Source of the DNA: an uncultured Nitrospirota bacterium
Lineage (GTDB): Bacteria; Nitrospirota; Nitrospiria; SBBL01; SBBT01
Length of the DNA: 41,915 nt
NCBI GenBank assembly: GCA_964423845.1
Contig: CAYRGU010000130.1
Location: forward strand, 1 to 41,915
Reading direction: 5' to 3'
In this document: positions 9,815-18,872 of the stretch, one piece after another
How the letters are laid out: each line of letters begins with the position of its first letter
Numbering within the stretch: position 1 is the stretch's first letter
Made by a program: the position numbers and the translations under genes
The notes under the pieces: model-generated
What the model was told of the DNA's origin: nothing
The model's input: the letters and a program-made list of their open reading frames with translations, nothing else
Databases searched by the model: none

Positions 9815-9961
9815 ATGGAGAATGAAGAAGGCGAGAAATGGGGGATGGGAAAGACCGCTGTTGTGTTCACCGCCTGTCTATCTGTTTTTGTGGCCTACTA
9901 TGTCTTCCTGGATTGGGTCATGATGGTTCCTATTCAGAACCTCCCCTTCCCTTACCGTTAA
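9815..9961 (+). CDS. Unlisted mini-ORF, 48 aa, single predicted transmembrane helix
   Basis: ATG at 9815 to TAA at 9959-9961 gives MENEEGEKWGMGKTAVVFTACLSVFVAYYVFLDWVMMVPIQNLPFPYR. GGGAGGGG at 9800-9807 serves as the RBS. It ends 72 nt before the CydA-like gene. I prefer it over the overlapping track ORF 9838..10032, whose product is Cys/Arg-rich and looks non-coding. Confidence 0.45.
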   Translation: MENEEGEKWGMGKTAVVFTACLSVFVAYYVFLDWVMMVPIQNLPFPYR

Positions 9962-10033
9962 GGTGTGTTTGGCGTTGCAGGGGTCCAGCACCCCGGGTCA
10001 TTAAGAGAATACTCGAATTGAAGGAGGTTTGAA

Positions 10034-11977
10034 ATGCGCTTTTTTAGTCGACTCGGAAAAAGCAAGCTGGCCGCTGTTTCACTGTTGGGTGCCATCGCAA
10101 TACTGATCGGTCTCCCTCTTTTCTCTCAAGGGGTCCTGCCGCTCGCAGGGATTGCGCCACTCGCCGTGGGGGCAGAGGAGGTTGCCGCGCCTGAAGCGGA
10201 GGCGAAGGTTGTAAAGGGGAAGGATGTCTACTACAAGACAGAGGGCATCGTGTCGGGTCCTCCGGCGCCTAAGCTTAAATACCCTGACGACTATGGCACC
10301 TACGGTACTTTTCAGAGCCGTACGTTGGTCTGGATGGCCAATCAGCAGCACCTTTATTTTGGGAGTTTCGTTCTTGCGGTTCCCATGTTTGTTTTTGTGA
10401 TGGAATTGGTTGGGATGCTGCAGAAAGATAAAAAGATGGGCAGAAAATACGATGATCTGGCCCATGAGTTTATGAAGATCAGTCTGACCGCCTACTCCAT
10501 TACCGCGATTTTGGGAGGTCTTCTGATTTTTACCTTTCTGGCCCTTTATCCTGGTTTTTTTGGGTACCTCGCTCGTATTTTCAGGCCGATCATGCACGTT
10601 TATGCGCTTCTGTTTATTCTGGAGAGCGGAACGCTTTATGTGTACTACTATGGCTGGGATCGGATGAACGACGATGGTTTCTGGAAGTGGGTCCATCTCT
10701 CCATATCCCTCCTTTTGAACACAATTGGCTTGGCGCTGATGTTTTTTGCGAATGCCTGGGTGGCCTTTATGCAGTCGCCTGCGGGGGTGGACGAGCAGGG
10801 GCAGTTCTTGGGAAATATCTGGCGCGTTGTGCATACCCCCCTTTGGATCCCCATTGTTGTGCATCGGATTCTCGGAAATGCGGCGTTTGGGGGGGGCGTT
10901 GTAGCGGCTTACGCAGCGTATCGTCTTTTGGCGGCAAAAACTCCGGAGGAGAAGGCCCATTACGATTGGATGAGCTATACGGCGATGTTTATGGGTGTTT
11001 TAAACCTTATTCCTCTTCCGTTTGCGGGCTATTGGCTCATGCGTGAGGTCTATGCGTACCGTCAGCAGATGGGCATTACGCTGATGGGGGGCTTGCTTGC
11101 GTGGGTCTTTATTATGCAGGCCACGATGATTGCGACCCTTTTTGTAACGGTGAATTACTATCTTTGGCAGGCGATGGGCAGGATGCCGGGGGGAGAGAGA
11201 TATTATAAGTATTTCAAGTACATGCTCCTCGTATTGATTGTCTCGACCATATCCTGGCTGACACCGCATACCATCGTGATGACGCCTGCGGAGCTCAAGG
11301 CGATGGGCGGCGCGCAGCATCCTATCGTGGGAAACTATGGCGTGATGTCGGCAAAAAATACCGCCATCAACATCATGATCACCACGACGGTGCTCTGTTT
11401 CATTCTGTATCAGCGTTGTAATAAGGTTCCAACTGTAAAATGGGCGCGGGTGGGGAATCTTATTTTGGGTGCGATGTTTATTGGTGCCGCGTTTAATATT
11501 ATTTTCTTGGGGATATACGGCTATTATATCCCGGCCAATGTCCGTATTGGTCTTTCTGTCCCGCAGGTCTGTACGACCCTGACGACGCTGTTTGTGGGGG
11601 TCACCATCAACACGTTGATGTTGAAGAATGCCCGGTCTCTGGGGGAGATACGGTGGGGGACGCTTTCGACGAGGGGGGCCTATGCCCTGTTCTTGTTAGC
11701 GGTGGCGTTTACCTGGACGATGGCCGTGATGGGGTATATTCGCTCATCGGTTCGTTTGCATTGGCATATTAACGAGATTATGCGTGACAACTCCCCGTGG
11801 GCGTTCACCAATCCAATTGGCTATGCGGGCAACGTAAATTCAATGAATGTGTTGATTTTTTGGACCATGTTGTTGTTTGTATTCTGGTTGGGGGCGCTGG
11901 CTGCGAAGAAGGCCCCAGTGAAAGAGCCGGTTGGCGTCTTGCCCGGTGAAGTACCTGTGCCTGCGGATAGCCATTAA
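10034..11977 (+). CDS. CydA-like polytopic membrane protein (cytochrome bd-like oxidase subunit I homologue)
   Basis: 647 aa, with AAGGAGG 6 nt upstream. Blocks align by eye to CydA: QQHLYFGSFVLAVPMF (His19 region), FILESGTLYVYYYGWDRM (FFLES..GW region with the conserved Glu), ANAWVAFMQSPAG (ANSWMQ.PVG) and PIVVHRILGNAAFGG (His186 region). I count roughly 14 hydrophobic segments. An N-terminal signal/anchor and an Ala/Glu/Pro-rich segment precede the CydA-like core. Confidence 0.85.
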   Translation: MRFFSRLGKSKLAAVSLLGAIAILIGLPLFSQGVLPLAGIAPLAVGAEEVAAPEAEAKVVKGKDVYYKTEGIVSGPPAPKLKYPDDYGTYGTFQSRTLVWMANQQHLYFGSFVLAVPMFVFVMELVGMLQKDKKMGRKYDDLAHEFMKISLTAYSITAILGGLLIFTFLALYPGFFGYLARIFRPIMHVYALLFILESGTLYVYYYGWDRMNDDGFWKWVHLSISLLLNTIGLALMFFANAWVAFMQSPAGVDEQGQFLGNIWRVVHTPLWIPIVVHRILGNAAFGGGVVAAYAAYRLLAAKTPEEKAHYDWMSYTAMFMGVLNLIPLPFAGYWLMREVYAYRQQMGITLMGGLLAWVFIMQATMIATLFVTVNYYLWQAMGRMPGGERYYKYFKYMLLVLIVSTISWLTPHTIVMTPAELKAMGGAQHPIVGNYGVMSAKNTAINIMITTTVLCFILYQRCNKVPTVKWARVGNLILGAMFIGAAFNIIFLGIYGYYIPANVRIGLSVPQVCTTLTTLFVGVTINTLMLKNARSLGEIRWGTLSTRGAYALFLLAVAFTWTMAVMGYIRSSVRLHWHINEIMRDNSPWAFTNPIGYAGNVNSMNVLIFWTMLLFVFWLGALAAKKAPVKEPVGVLPGEVPVPADSH

Positions 11978-11984
11978 GGCTGCG

Positions 11985-12026
11985 GAGGGGTTACGTCTGG
12001 TGTCTGGACGTGACCCCTCTTTTATT
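11985..12026 (+). terminator. Intrinsic terminator/attenuator hairpin between the CydA-like gene and the cytochrome c genes
   Basis: GAGGGGTTACGTC (11985-11997) pairs with GACGTGACCCCTC (12007-12019). That is 13 bp including one G-U pair, with a 9-nt loop, followed by TTTTATT (12020-12026). It starts 8 nt after the stop codon. Confidence 0.6.
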
Positions 12027-12061
12027 GCCTTGATCATGGACGATGTGATGGGGAGAGATCG

Positions 12062-13345
12062 GTGATGGAGAATAAAGTGCAAGAAGCGGTTCCGGTGAAG
12101 GCGAAGAAAGAAAGTGGAGGCATTCTTGTTAAAATTGGCGTTTGGTATTTACTGATCTTGATTATATTCGCTGCCTACACCAACTGGCTTCCTCAAATCC
12201 GGGGAGATGCCCCTGCGGATGCCGTTGCGATCGAACTGGATTCGGCGACCCCAGAAAAGCTGGCTGAAATGGGGAAGATGATTATCTTTGGCACGGATAA
12301 TCCAGAAGGGGTGCTGGCAGGCGGCGGGAATCCGGCAGGAAAGGGTCAGTGTCCTCTCTGTCACCAGTTCTTCCTGGATCAAAAGGCGGATCGATGTCCC
12401 AACCTTGTTGCCCTTCCGTCCTCTCCTAACCCGACCCTTCGTGTCCCAGAGGAGGTTCGTTCTCATAATCGGTTCAAGGAAGACCGCTATAAGGCATTTG
12501 CAACACGATTGGTGAATGGTGAATCGAACTCGGGGATTAAACCCCATGCGCAGACGGGGGGGGAATATATCGTTGAGTCGGAATATTGTCCGAATTGTTA
12601 TGTCGTTGAGGGGTTTGCGATTAAGGGAACGAACGACTCGGAAAGCCCGATGCCGATCATCAACAAGCCCCCCATACAGCTTGTGGATACGGAGATCGTC
12701 TCGGTGATCAGCTTCTTGCAGTCCAAGGATACGCCGGGCGATTTCAGTAAGGTCACTGCCAAGGCGTCGTGGGAGTCTTACTTCGGGAAAAAGCTTCAGA
12801 GTGTTGCGTCCCCTGCGGCAGGGGCCACCCAGGTTGCGGCGGCTGGCCCTCCGATTGCTTTGGAGACGGATACGCCGGAGCAGATTGTGCAAAAAATGGG
12901 TTGTTTTGCCTGTCACAAGATTCCTGGGATTTCCATCGCAAAAATTGGGATGATTGGCCCCTTGCTCATTGAGGGGGTCAACGCGCCAAATCGTATTAAA
13001 TCTCCCGAGTACAGAAAAGCGGTAAAAGAGGGAAAGGCCAAGGCGAGAACTCCAAAAGAATATGTGATGGAGTCGATTATGACGCCGTGGGTCTTTGTTG
13101 TTCCGGGTTTTGCAGATGATATGCTCAAGGACTTTTCGCATAAGTTTACCTTTGCGGCACTTGAGAAAATGGCGGATTATCTACTACAGCAGGACGTGGC
13201 GGCGGCGCTCAAAGATGGAATGGATCGCCTGCCAAATGAAAAAGAAGGCCCCCTTAAAAAGCCTGGGACCACGGCGCGACTCAAGGGTTCCCTCTCGGAG
13301 CGTTTGGCTAGGGGCGGCGGGGCGGAGCGTGGCAGTGGCGGGTAG
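12062..13345 (+). CDS. Membrane-anchored dihaem c-type cytochrome
   Basis: 427 aa (GTG at 12062, ATG at 12065). N-terminal anchor: GILVKIGVWYLLILIIFAAYTNWL. Two CXXCH motifs: CPLCH and CFACH. A third Cys pair, CPNCY, lacks the His. Confidence 0.8.
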   Translation: MMENKVQEAVPVKAKKESGGILVKIGVWYLLILIIFAAYTNWLPQIRGDAPADAVAIELDSATPEKLAEMGKMIIFGTDNPEGVLAGGGNPAGKGQCPLCHQFFLDQKADRCPNLVALPSSPNPTLRVPEEVRSHNRFKEDRYKAFATRLVNGESNSGIKPHAQTGGEYIVESEYCPNCYVVEGFAIKGTNDSESPMPIINKPPIQLVDTEIVSVISFLQSKDTPGDFSKVTAKASWESYFGKKLQSVASPAAGATQVAAAGPPIALETDTPEQIVQKMGCFACHKIPGISIAKIGMIGPLLIEGVNAPNRIKSPEYRKAVKEGKAKARTPKEYVMESIMTPWVFVVPGFADDMLKDFSHKFTFAALEKMADYLLQQDVAAALKDGMDRLPNEKEGPLKKPGTTARLKGSLSERLARGGGAERGSGG

Positions 13346-13402
13346 TATTTTTTCTCTGGCGTTATTTTTTATAGAGGGGATGTGCAAAGAGGGAGGGGGG
13401 GT

Positions 13403-14404
13403 ATGCTAAAGCGGTTTTCGTGGGGAGTTGTCGGTCTCCTGGCTGTTTTTATGATGCCGGTGATGGCGTGGGCTGGCGGTGGCGCGACGGGATGGATTAA
13501 TGCGGGGACGTATGCCCTGGTTGTTCAGTTGGGCACATTCCTGTCGGTCATTTTCATTACCTGGGTGATCAAAGAGAAACTGGGGATTCCGGTCCCAAAG
13601 CTGATTCAAGCCCCGTTGCTATGGGCCACCTGCTATGTTGTTTTACGTGTCTTTTTACAGCCACCCATCCCTTTCACACTGCTGGCCATCTATATGGGGA
13701 TTGCGACGCTTGCGATCTTCATCTATGTGTCCATTACAGATCCCTCCTGGGACGAGTTTAAGGGGCCCATCGTGACCATGTTAGAGGCAGATCAAGGTCC
13801 CGCAAAGACGAGTCGGTATGTGACCTTCACCGTCTTGCCGCTCCTTTTAGCCTACGGGACCTACGATAAGATGGTTCCTAAGTTTGAGGAGCCGATCGAA
13901 TTGAGAACGGTCCATCCGGCGCCTCCGGCCAGTATTAACGTCCATGATAAAATTTTGACCCTTCAGACCGTGGAAAATCCTTATCGTGTGGATGATTCCG
14001 GAAAGTATCTCAAGGTGGGGGGGGAAGCCCAGTATATGGGAAAAAATCCGTTTGCGGAGAACGCGCCAAAGTTTCTTCAAAATGTTCGGGATGGCGGGAC
14101 CGTCTTTTTTGGAACGGCGGGATGTTTTCTATGTCATGGTGATAATCTGGATGGAAAGGGGCCATTTGCCTTTGCATTTAACCCGATTCCTGCGAATTTT
14201 GCAGATCCTGGGACCATTGCCCAGCTTCAGGAGACGTTTGTCTTCTGGCGTGTCGCCAAGGGGGGGCCGGGGGTTCCGCGTGAGTCATTTCCATGGGCCT
14301 CTGCGATGCCTCCTTGGGAAAAGCATCTGACCACGGATGAGATGTGGAAGGTGATTATGTTCGAGTATTGGCGTACTGGATTTTATCCAAGGTCGTGGGA
14401 CTAA
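13403..14404 (+). CDS. Polytopic membrane protein with a C-terminal monohaem cytochrome c domain
   Basis: About five hydrophobic segments are followed by GTAGCFLCHGDNLDGKG (CXXCH) and a distal ASAMPPW Met-ligand motif. The track ORF starts at GTG 13382. I prefer the ATG at 13403 (MLKRFSWGVVGLL...) behind GGGAGGGGGG. Confidence 0.8.
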   Translation: MLKRFSWGVVGLLAVFMMPVMAWAGGGATGWINAGTYALVVQLGTFLSVIFITWVIKEKLGIPVPKLIQAPLLWATCYVVLRVFLQPPIPFTLLAIYMGIATLAIFIYVSITDPSWDEFKGPIVTMLEADQGPAKTSRYVTFTVLPLLLAYGTYDKMVPKFEEPIELRTVHPAPPASINVHDKILTLQTVENPYRVDDSGKYLKVGGEAQYMGKNPFAENAPKFLQNVRDGGTVFFGTAGCFLCHGDNLDGKGPFAFAFNPIPANFADPGTIAQLQETFVFWRVAKGGPGVPRESFPWASAMPPWEKHLTTDEMWKVIMFEYWRTGFYPRSWD

Positions 14405-14452
14405 TCTGCCACGACCTATTAACAAGATGAAGACGAGGATGGAGTCAATTCG

Positions 14453-16174
14453 ATGCGTGTCATGAAAGAAAGTGGCCAAGTGGGGTGGATTGTGTCTGGC
14501 CTTGCCGTGACGATTTTGTCGGCGATGGTTTTGATGGGGGTGGGGCAGGTTCATGCCCAGGATCAGTCTAAAAGTGTGCGGCCCGTTAAAGAAAGCCCTG
14601 AAGATATTGAGGCTGGGAAAGCAATTTATTTCCAAAAGTGTGTCTGGTGCCATGGCCCCGATGGGGCGGGGGATGGCCCCTCTGCCATTCGTTTGGCCAC
14701 AAAACCAAGAAATTTCAATCAGGGGACATTCAAGATTCGTCATACGGCGAGTGGAGAGTTGCCCACCGATGAGGATTTATTTCTGACGGTCACGAATGGT
14801 CTCCCGGGTTCTGCGATGCCGCCATGGGGTGAAATTTTAACGGAGACGGAGCGTCGTCAGGTCATTGGGTTTGTGAAGAATCATTTGGTGAAGGATCGTA
14901 AGTTTGATGACCCGGACGAAACGTTCACGGTCATTGATTATGGAAAGCAGATCCCCTCCTCTGAAGACAGCATTAAAAAGGGGCGGGAGATCTTCATGAC
15001 GAAGGCCAAGTGTGTGGAGTGTCATGGGGTAGAAGGCCGGGGAAACGGTAACTTGACGCAGCGGGATGACTGGGGATTTCCAATTTTTCCAGCGGATTTG
15101 GCCAAGCCGTGGAATTTAAGGGGGAATCGGCGGGACCCGTATAATCCAAAGAATGTTTTTCGGGAGATTTCTACGGGACTCAATGGCACGCCGATGCCTT
15201 CTTTCGCGGATATGCTTTCTGTTGAAGAGCGTTGGCATGTGGCCAATTTCGTGATGTCTTTATCCCAGAAGTATCCGATGGATAAAGAGACGAATAAGCC
15301 ACAGATTGGTTTTGTCATCAAAGGGAATTTTTTGAAGGAAGGTGAAACCCCGAACGACCCTGCCGATCCGAGATGGGAAAAGTTCTCTCCACAGTATGTG
15401 GGTTTGGCCAGCCAGATTATCCAGCCGCCGCGTCATTTTCTAAGAACCGTGGATGATATTCGTGTGCGGGCGGTGTTCAACAGTAAAGAGCTGGCGATCC
15501 TCTTTGAATGGGACGACCGGACTGAAAGCCATCGGGATGAGAATAAGGAGGCTGTTTATGACGTGAAGCGGCTTTCTTCAGCGTCGTTCCCCGCGATTAA
15601 TACCGTGATGGTCACGCATGAAAATGACGAGGTGGTGGGGCCGCTCAAGGGCGTTAATCCTGACCCGGTTGGGGTTTACAACGATGGCATCGCGATTCAG
15701 TTCGCGCAGGCCTGGCAGAAGCTCCCTCATCCGGAGAAACCGTATTTTGTCCATGGGGATGCCAAGCGTGGGACCGATATCTGGAAGTGGGAGTCCGACG
15801 GTGTAGTCAAAGAAATCGAAGGACATGGGATTGATGCCCTTCAGGTACGCGACGGGAGCAAGAACGTCCGGGTCAGCCATGCCAAATGGCGTGATGGACG
15901 ATGGCAGGTGGTGATGAAGCGTCCCCTGGAAACCGGGGATAAAGAAAAAGATGCCCAACTGGAGATGGGGAAAAATATCCCGATCGTATTTTTTGCGTGG
16001 GATGGGGATGCCGGAGAGGTGGAGGGTCGGATGGCCCTTTCGACGTACTATTACCTGATGCTGGAGCCGCCGGTTCCAACCAAGGTCTACGTCGTTCCCC
16101 CGATTGTTGCGGTGGTCGTTGTCCTCATCGAGGGGTTGATCTCCTGGAAGGTTAGAAAGGAAAAGAAGGGCTGA
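14453..16174 (+). CDS. Dihaem cytochrome c fused to an EB_dh/DOMON-like haem-b domain, with a C-terminal transmembrane anchor
   Basis: 573 aa with a signal peptide ending VHAQD. Two class I cytochrome c units: KCVWCHGPDGAGDG...GSAMPPWG and KCVECHGVEGRGNG...GTPMPSF. Then VRAVFNSKELAILFEWDD...DGIAIQFAQAW...YFVHGD...DIWKWESDG...AKWRDGRWQVVMKRPL...IPIVFFAWDGDAGE, the pattern of the ethylbenzene dehydrogenase gamma / type II DMSO-reductase gamma family. The C-terminal helix is VVPPIVAVVVVLIEGLISW. Confidence 0.75.
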   Translation: MRVMKESGQVGWIVSGLAVTILSAMVLMGVGQVHAQDQSKSVRPVKESPEDIEAGKAIYFQKCVWCHGPDGAGDGPSAIRLATKPRNFNQGTFKIRHTASGELPTDEDLFLTVTNGLPGSAMPPWGEILTETERRQVIGFVKNHLVKDRKFDDPDETFTVIDYGKQIPSSEDSIKKGREIFMTKAKCVECHGVEGRGNGNLTQRDDWGFPIFPADLAKPWNLRGNRRDPYNPKNVFREISTGLNGTPMPSFADMLSVEERWHVANFVMSLSQKYPMDKETNKPQIGFVIKGNFLKEGETPNDPADPRWEKFSPQYVGLASQIIQPPRHFLRTVDDIRVRAVFNSKELAILFEWDDRTESHRDENKEAVYDVKRLSSASFPAINTVMVTHENDEVVGPLKGVNPDPVGVYNDGIAIQFAQAWQKLPHPEKPYFVHGDAKRGTDIWKWESDGVVKEIEGHGIDALQVRDGSKNVRVSHAKWRDGRWQVVMKRPLETGDKEKDAQLEMGKNIPIVFFAWDGDAGEVEGRMALSTYYYLMLEPPVPTKVYVVPPIVAVVVVLIEGLISWKVRKEKKG

Positions 16175-16207
16175 TTACGTCTCTCTGTGGGGGGTTGTTC
16201 TGGTGCG

Positions 16208-16245
16208 GGGGGTAGATACTGTAAGCGGTATCTACCCCCTTTTTT
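16208..16245 (+). terminator. Rho-independent terminator ending the respiratory module
   Basis: GGGGGTAGATAC (16208-16219) pairs perfectly with GTATCTACCCCC (16228-16239), with an 8-nt loop, followed by TTTTTT (16240-16245). Confidence 0.8.
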
Positions 16246-16380
16246 AGGAGGTCTGTTTCAGGCCTGTTTCTGTTTGTAATCCATGACGTTTTTGGTTAAG
16301 ATGGGGGCCTTCTGTTGGCTGTTTCGTGGGTGGCATGATGGAAGGAGAGTGGGGCATTCTAAAGTTTAAGGAGGTGGGGA

Positions 16381-17529
16381 ATGGGACAAGACTTTTTGTT
16401 TACGTCTGAATCGGTGACTGAAGGGCACCCGGATAAGATAGCGGATCAGATTTCAGATGCGGTTTTAGATGCCATTATTGCCAAAGATCCGCGTTGTCGT
16501 GTGGCCTGTGAGGCCATTGTGACGACCGGGATTGCGTTTGTCGCGGGGGAAATTACGACGTCATGTTATGTCGAAATTCCGGATATTGTCCGTGAAACGA
16601 TTCGGCAGGTTGGCTATACCCGTGCCAAATATGGTTTTGACTATGAAACGTGTGCGGTATTGACGGCGATCCATAGCCAGTCTCCAGATATTGCGATGGG
16701 GGTGGATACGGGGGGGGCTGGCGATCAGGGGATCATGTTTGGATATGCGACCAATGAGACCCCAGAGCTGATGCCAATGCCGATCCTTCTGGCGCATAAG
16801 ATTACAAAACGCCTGACCGATATGAGAAGGACCGAGGTCCTCCCCTATCTTCGTCCGGATGGGAAGTCCCAGGTGACGATTGAATACCGGGATGGAAAAC
16901 CGAGCCGGATTAATACGGTCGTGGTTTCAACCCAACATAGCCCGGACATTTCTTTGGAGGAGTTGCGTCAGGATGTGGTGGAAAAGGTGATTGAACCCGT
17001 TCTCCCGCCAGAGCTTCTTGGGAAAGGGAGTATTATTTATCATATCAATCCAACGGGCCGTTTTGTCGTCGGGGGACCCCAGGGAGATACCGGCTTGACT
17101 GGACGGAAGATTATTGTTGATACCTATGGCGGGGTTGGAAGCCATGGGGGGGGCGCTTTTTCTGGAAAGGACCCCTCCAAGGTAGACCGCTCTGCCTCAT
17201 ACATGGCACGCTATATTGCGAAAAATCTTGTCGCGGCAGGTCTTGCGGATCGCTGCGAGATCCAGCTTGCCTATGCCATTGGGGTGGCGGATCCCGTTTC
17301 AATTTTGGTGGATACCCGGCATACCGGAAAAGTCCCCCCGGAGAAGCTGATTAAAATTGTTCGAGACCATTTTCCGATGACCCCCAGGGGAATCATCGAT
17401 CACCTTCAACTGCTCCGGCCGATCTACAAGAAAACAGCGGCTTACGGGCACTTTGGTAGAAATGATCCCGACTTTACCTGGGAAAAAACAGATATGGTGG
17501 AGGCATTAAGGTCTGCGGCCGGGGTGTAG
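16381..17529 (+). CDS. metK: S-adenosylmethionine synthetase
   Basis: 382 aa. [32 protein letters not shown] and [17 protein letters not shown] are the MetK signatures. AAGGAGG lies upstream. Confidence 0.96.
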   Translation: MGQDFLFTSESVTEGHPDKIADQISDAVLDAIIAKDPRCRVACEAIVTTGIAFVAGEITTSCYVEIPDIVRETIRQVGYTRAKYGFDYETCAVLTAIHSQSPDIAMGVDTGGAGDQGIMFGYATNETPELMPMPILLAHKITKRLTDMRRTEVLPYLRPDGKSQVTIEYRDGKPSRINTVVVSTQHSPDISLEELRQDVVEKVIEPVLPPELLGKGSIIYHINPTGRFVVGGPQGDTGLTGRKIIVDTYGGVGSHGGGAFSGKDPSKVDRSASYMARYIAKNLVAAGLADRCEIQLAYAIGVADPVSILVDTRHTGKVPPEKLIKIVRDHFPMTPRGIIDHLQLLRPIYKKTAAYGHFGRNDPDFTWEKTDMVEALRSAAGV

Positions 17530-17594
17530 AGGAGGGCCGGACGTTGGTGGCGGGGGTATATCCTGAAACAGGGTATTGGTCTTTTATCTCTTGA

Positions 17595-18872
<1,278 letters not shown>

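Noticed and set aside
9372-10032. Track ORFs 9372..9773 (-) and 9838..10032 (+) in the leader of the respiratory module.
   Set aside because: Both products are Cys/Arg/Pro-rich with no RBS or motif. The region is better explained by a promoter, a 5' leader and the two short membrane ORFs in other frames.
10079-10960. Long antisense ORFs opposite well-supported genes: 10079..10960, 12149..13141, 17442..18017, 18087..18722, 18981..19661, 23483..24286, and 32695..33678 on the plus strand opposite the FecR-domain gene.
   Set aside because: Each lies entirely within a gene with clear family motifs on the other strand. Their products are Arg/Pro/Gly-rich with no motifs, typical of stop-poor antisense frames in GC-rich coding DNA.
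16246-16380. SAM riboswitch upstream of metK, and SAH riboswitch upstream of ahcY (17530-17615).
   Set aside because: I looked for the conserved cores: the SAM-I GAGGGA...GCAACC elements and the SAH AGGAGCGCUGC/GGCUCAGGA elements. I found neither. Only a weak TTGTAA-17-TAAGAT promoter-like pair at 16274-16302 is visible. A covariance-model scan would be needed to exclude other riboswitch classes.
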